A DNA stretch of 64,000 bases from Podarcis gaigeae (lineage: Eukaryota): NCBI GenBank assembly GCA_964106915.2, contig OZ066919.1; one strand, given 5' to 3'. How positions within the stretch are numbered: the stretch's first letter is position 1; the number at the start of each line of letters is the position of its first letter. Positions 62,682 to 64,000 of this stretch are shown here, in pieces. The translations under genes were made by a program, and so were the position numbers. The notes beneath the pieces are model-generated. The model saw only the letters and a list, made by a program, of their open reading frames with translations. It searched no databases and was not told the origin of the DNA.

Positions 62682-63775
62682 CCAAAATGCAACTGAACAG
62701 GCTGCAGTCTGATGTGGAAAATATGAATAGATTTCTTCACCTTACTTAAAATTGTCCCTGTCCAAAATGTGAAAGCAGGGGATGGACTAGGCCAGGAAGC
62801 AGCATTCATGCCAGATGATTTTAAGGATAAACATCAACAGAGAGGAATGAGTAAAAACAAAACAAAAACCCTCTCTTCTACATAAAGGTCTTCTGCTTCA
62901 GACTGTGGCCTCCAAAGCTTCCTCCAGGGAATACATATGCAGATCAACTCCACAGCTAATTGGGCCAAGAATGACATACCTATATGACTGGATACTGGAC
63001 AAGAGAGAGATGTTTCAGGAAGTCATTTTTAATGGACAAAACACCTGACTGCCTTAAAACCCTCACAGTGTAGACCTAGATAGTTTTAGATAACAATTCA
63101 CCATTTCAGAAGTGTATGCTTCCCACAATTAGAAAATCTGAATATGCCAACATGTTTAATGTGCACTGCCTGCCTTTCTCTCTCACACAAGTTTTCTTGA
63201 ATGCAAGCAGCTCCATTTTGTAAGATGAGCTGTGTGAAGCACACATTTCTGTCAGAACAGCTGTGCAGAATTTGGCAAAGGCCATTTGAAGACAGTGCTG
63301 TAATGGGAATACACCATGAGAAGCTAACTCAAAACTAAATTAAGGCTTAAAATGTGTTACTTTGCTTTCATTTCCAAACATCCAGGTTGGTAAATCTATG
63401 AAACAGTGCTGGAACATGACTAATATTATTTCTCCATGAAAGTATATCAAGGTTGTAGCTAATCCATCTTTAAATTTTAATTGCAACAAAAACATGAGAA
63501 AAACAGCAGACAAAATGCTTAAAAAGGTGACAGCTTTCAAAGACATCATATTTTGGCAAGAGTGTATGAACATCAATGACCTCTACAATTTGCAAAAGGC
63601 TACACAATTCATGTCATGGTGGGATATTAGAAAGAGCATGTTAGCCCAATTGCAGTGCTTCACAAAGACAGTATGGTTAGTACACTAGAGTCACATGTAC
63701 ACCAACCATCTTATGGGACAGTGTATCCCAACTACAAGCCATATTAAGATATGAGGGTGAGGCAACAACTATAGC

Positions 63776-63912
63776 AGGGGTGGGGAACCTGGGGCCCATC
63801 AGACTTCGCTGGTCCACATCTTCCACCATCCCTCTTCATTGCCCAAGCTGGCCAAGGGTCATGGGCGCTGCCATCCAAACGCACCCGAAGGGCCACAGGT
63901 TCAGCACTCCTG
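63776..63912. mobile_element. Short hAT-Charlie-like MITE; relatives near 14810-14920, 16320-16435, 17775-17862, 22835-22985, 25390-25620, 45015-45135
   Basis: caggggtggggaacct ... aggttcagcactcctg ends; shared actacaactcccatca-type core among relatives. Confidence 0.6.
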
Positions 63913-64000
63913 AGCAATATGAAATACCCAAACACTCACAGCAAGAGAGCCAAGCTGTTAAGAGCCACATAATACTGCAGAAGGCAAAACAACCCTTCCC

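Noticed and set aside
55400-64000. Searched for the RASSF5A (NORE1A) C1-domain exon (CKFTCH..C..LIQLDC)
   Set aside because: Not found; expected further upstream, beyond the window.

Overview
Squamate genomic DNA, most likely a lacertid lizard (Sauria SINEs, young L2 LINEs, BovB/RTE 3' ends, many hAT and Tc1/mariner MITEs). The window holds two convergent genes. EIF2D contributes its last six coding exons on + (3696-10953). RASSF5 contributes the complete short isoform RASSF5C/NORE1B/RAPL on - (five coding exons, 54757 down to 13567, 268 aa); the long-isoform (NORE1A) exons were not found and should lie beyond the right edge. The 34.6-kb RASSF5 intron has two non-obvious items. (i) An old intronless retrocopy of ARHGAP10/GRAF2 (33322-34132, -) covers only the BAR domain up to the start of the PH domain and carries a ~30-bp internal inversion. 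(ii) A repeat-poor + strand stretch (20804-26500) has protein-like interrupted reading frames and canonical splice sites, and may be a decayed antisense nested gene; this is weaker and unidentified. Protein comparisons rely on recalled human sequences; no searches were run.
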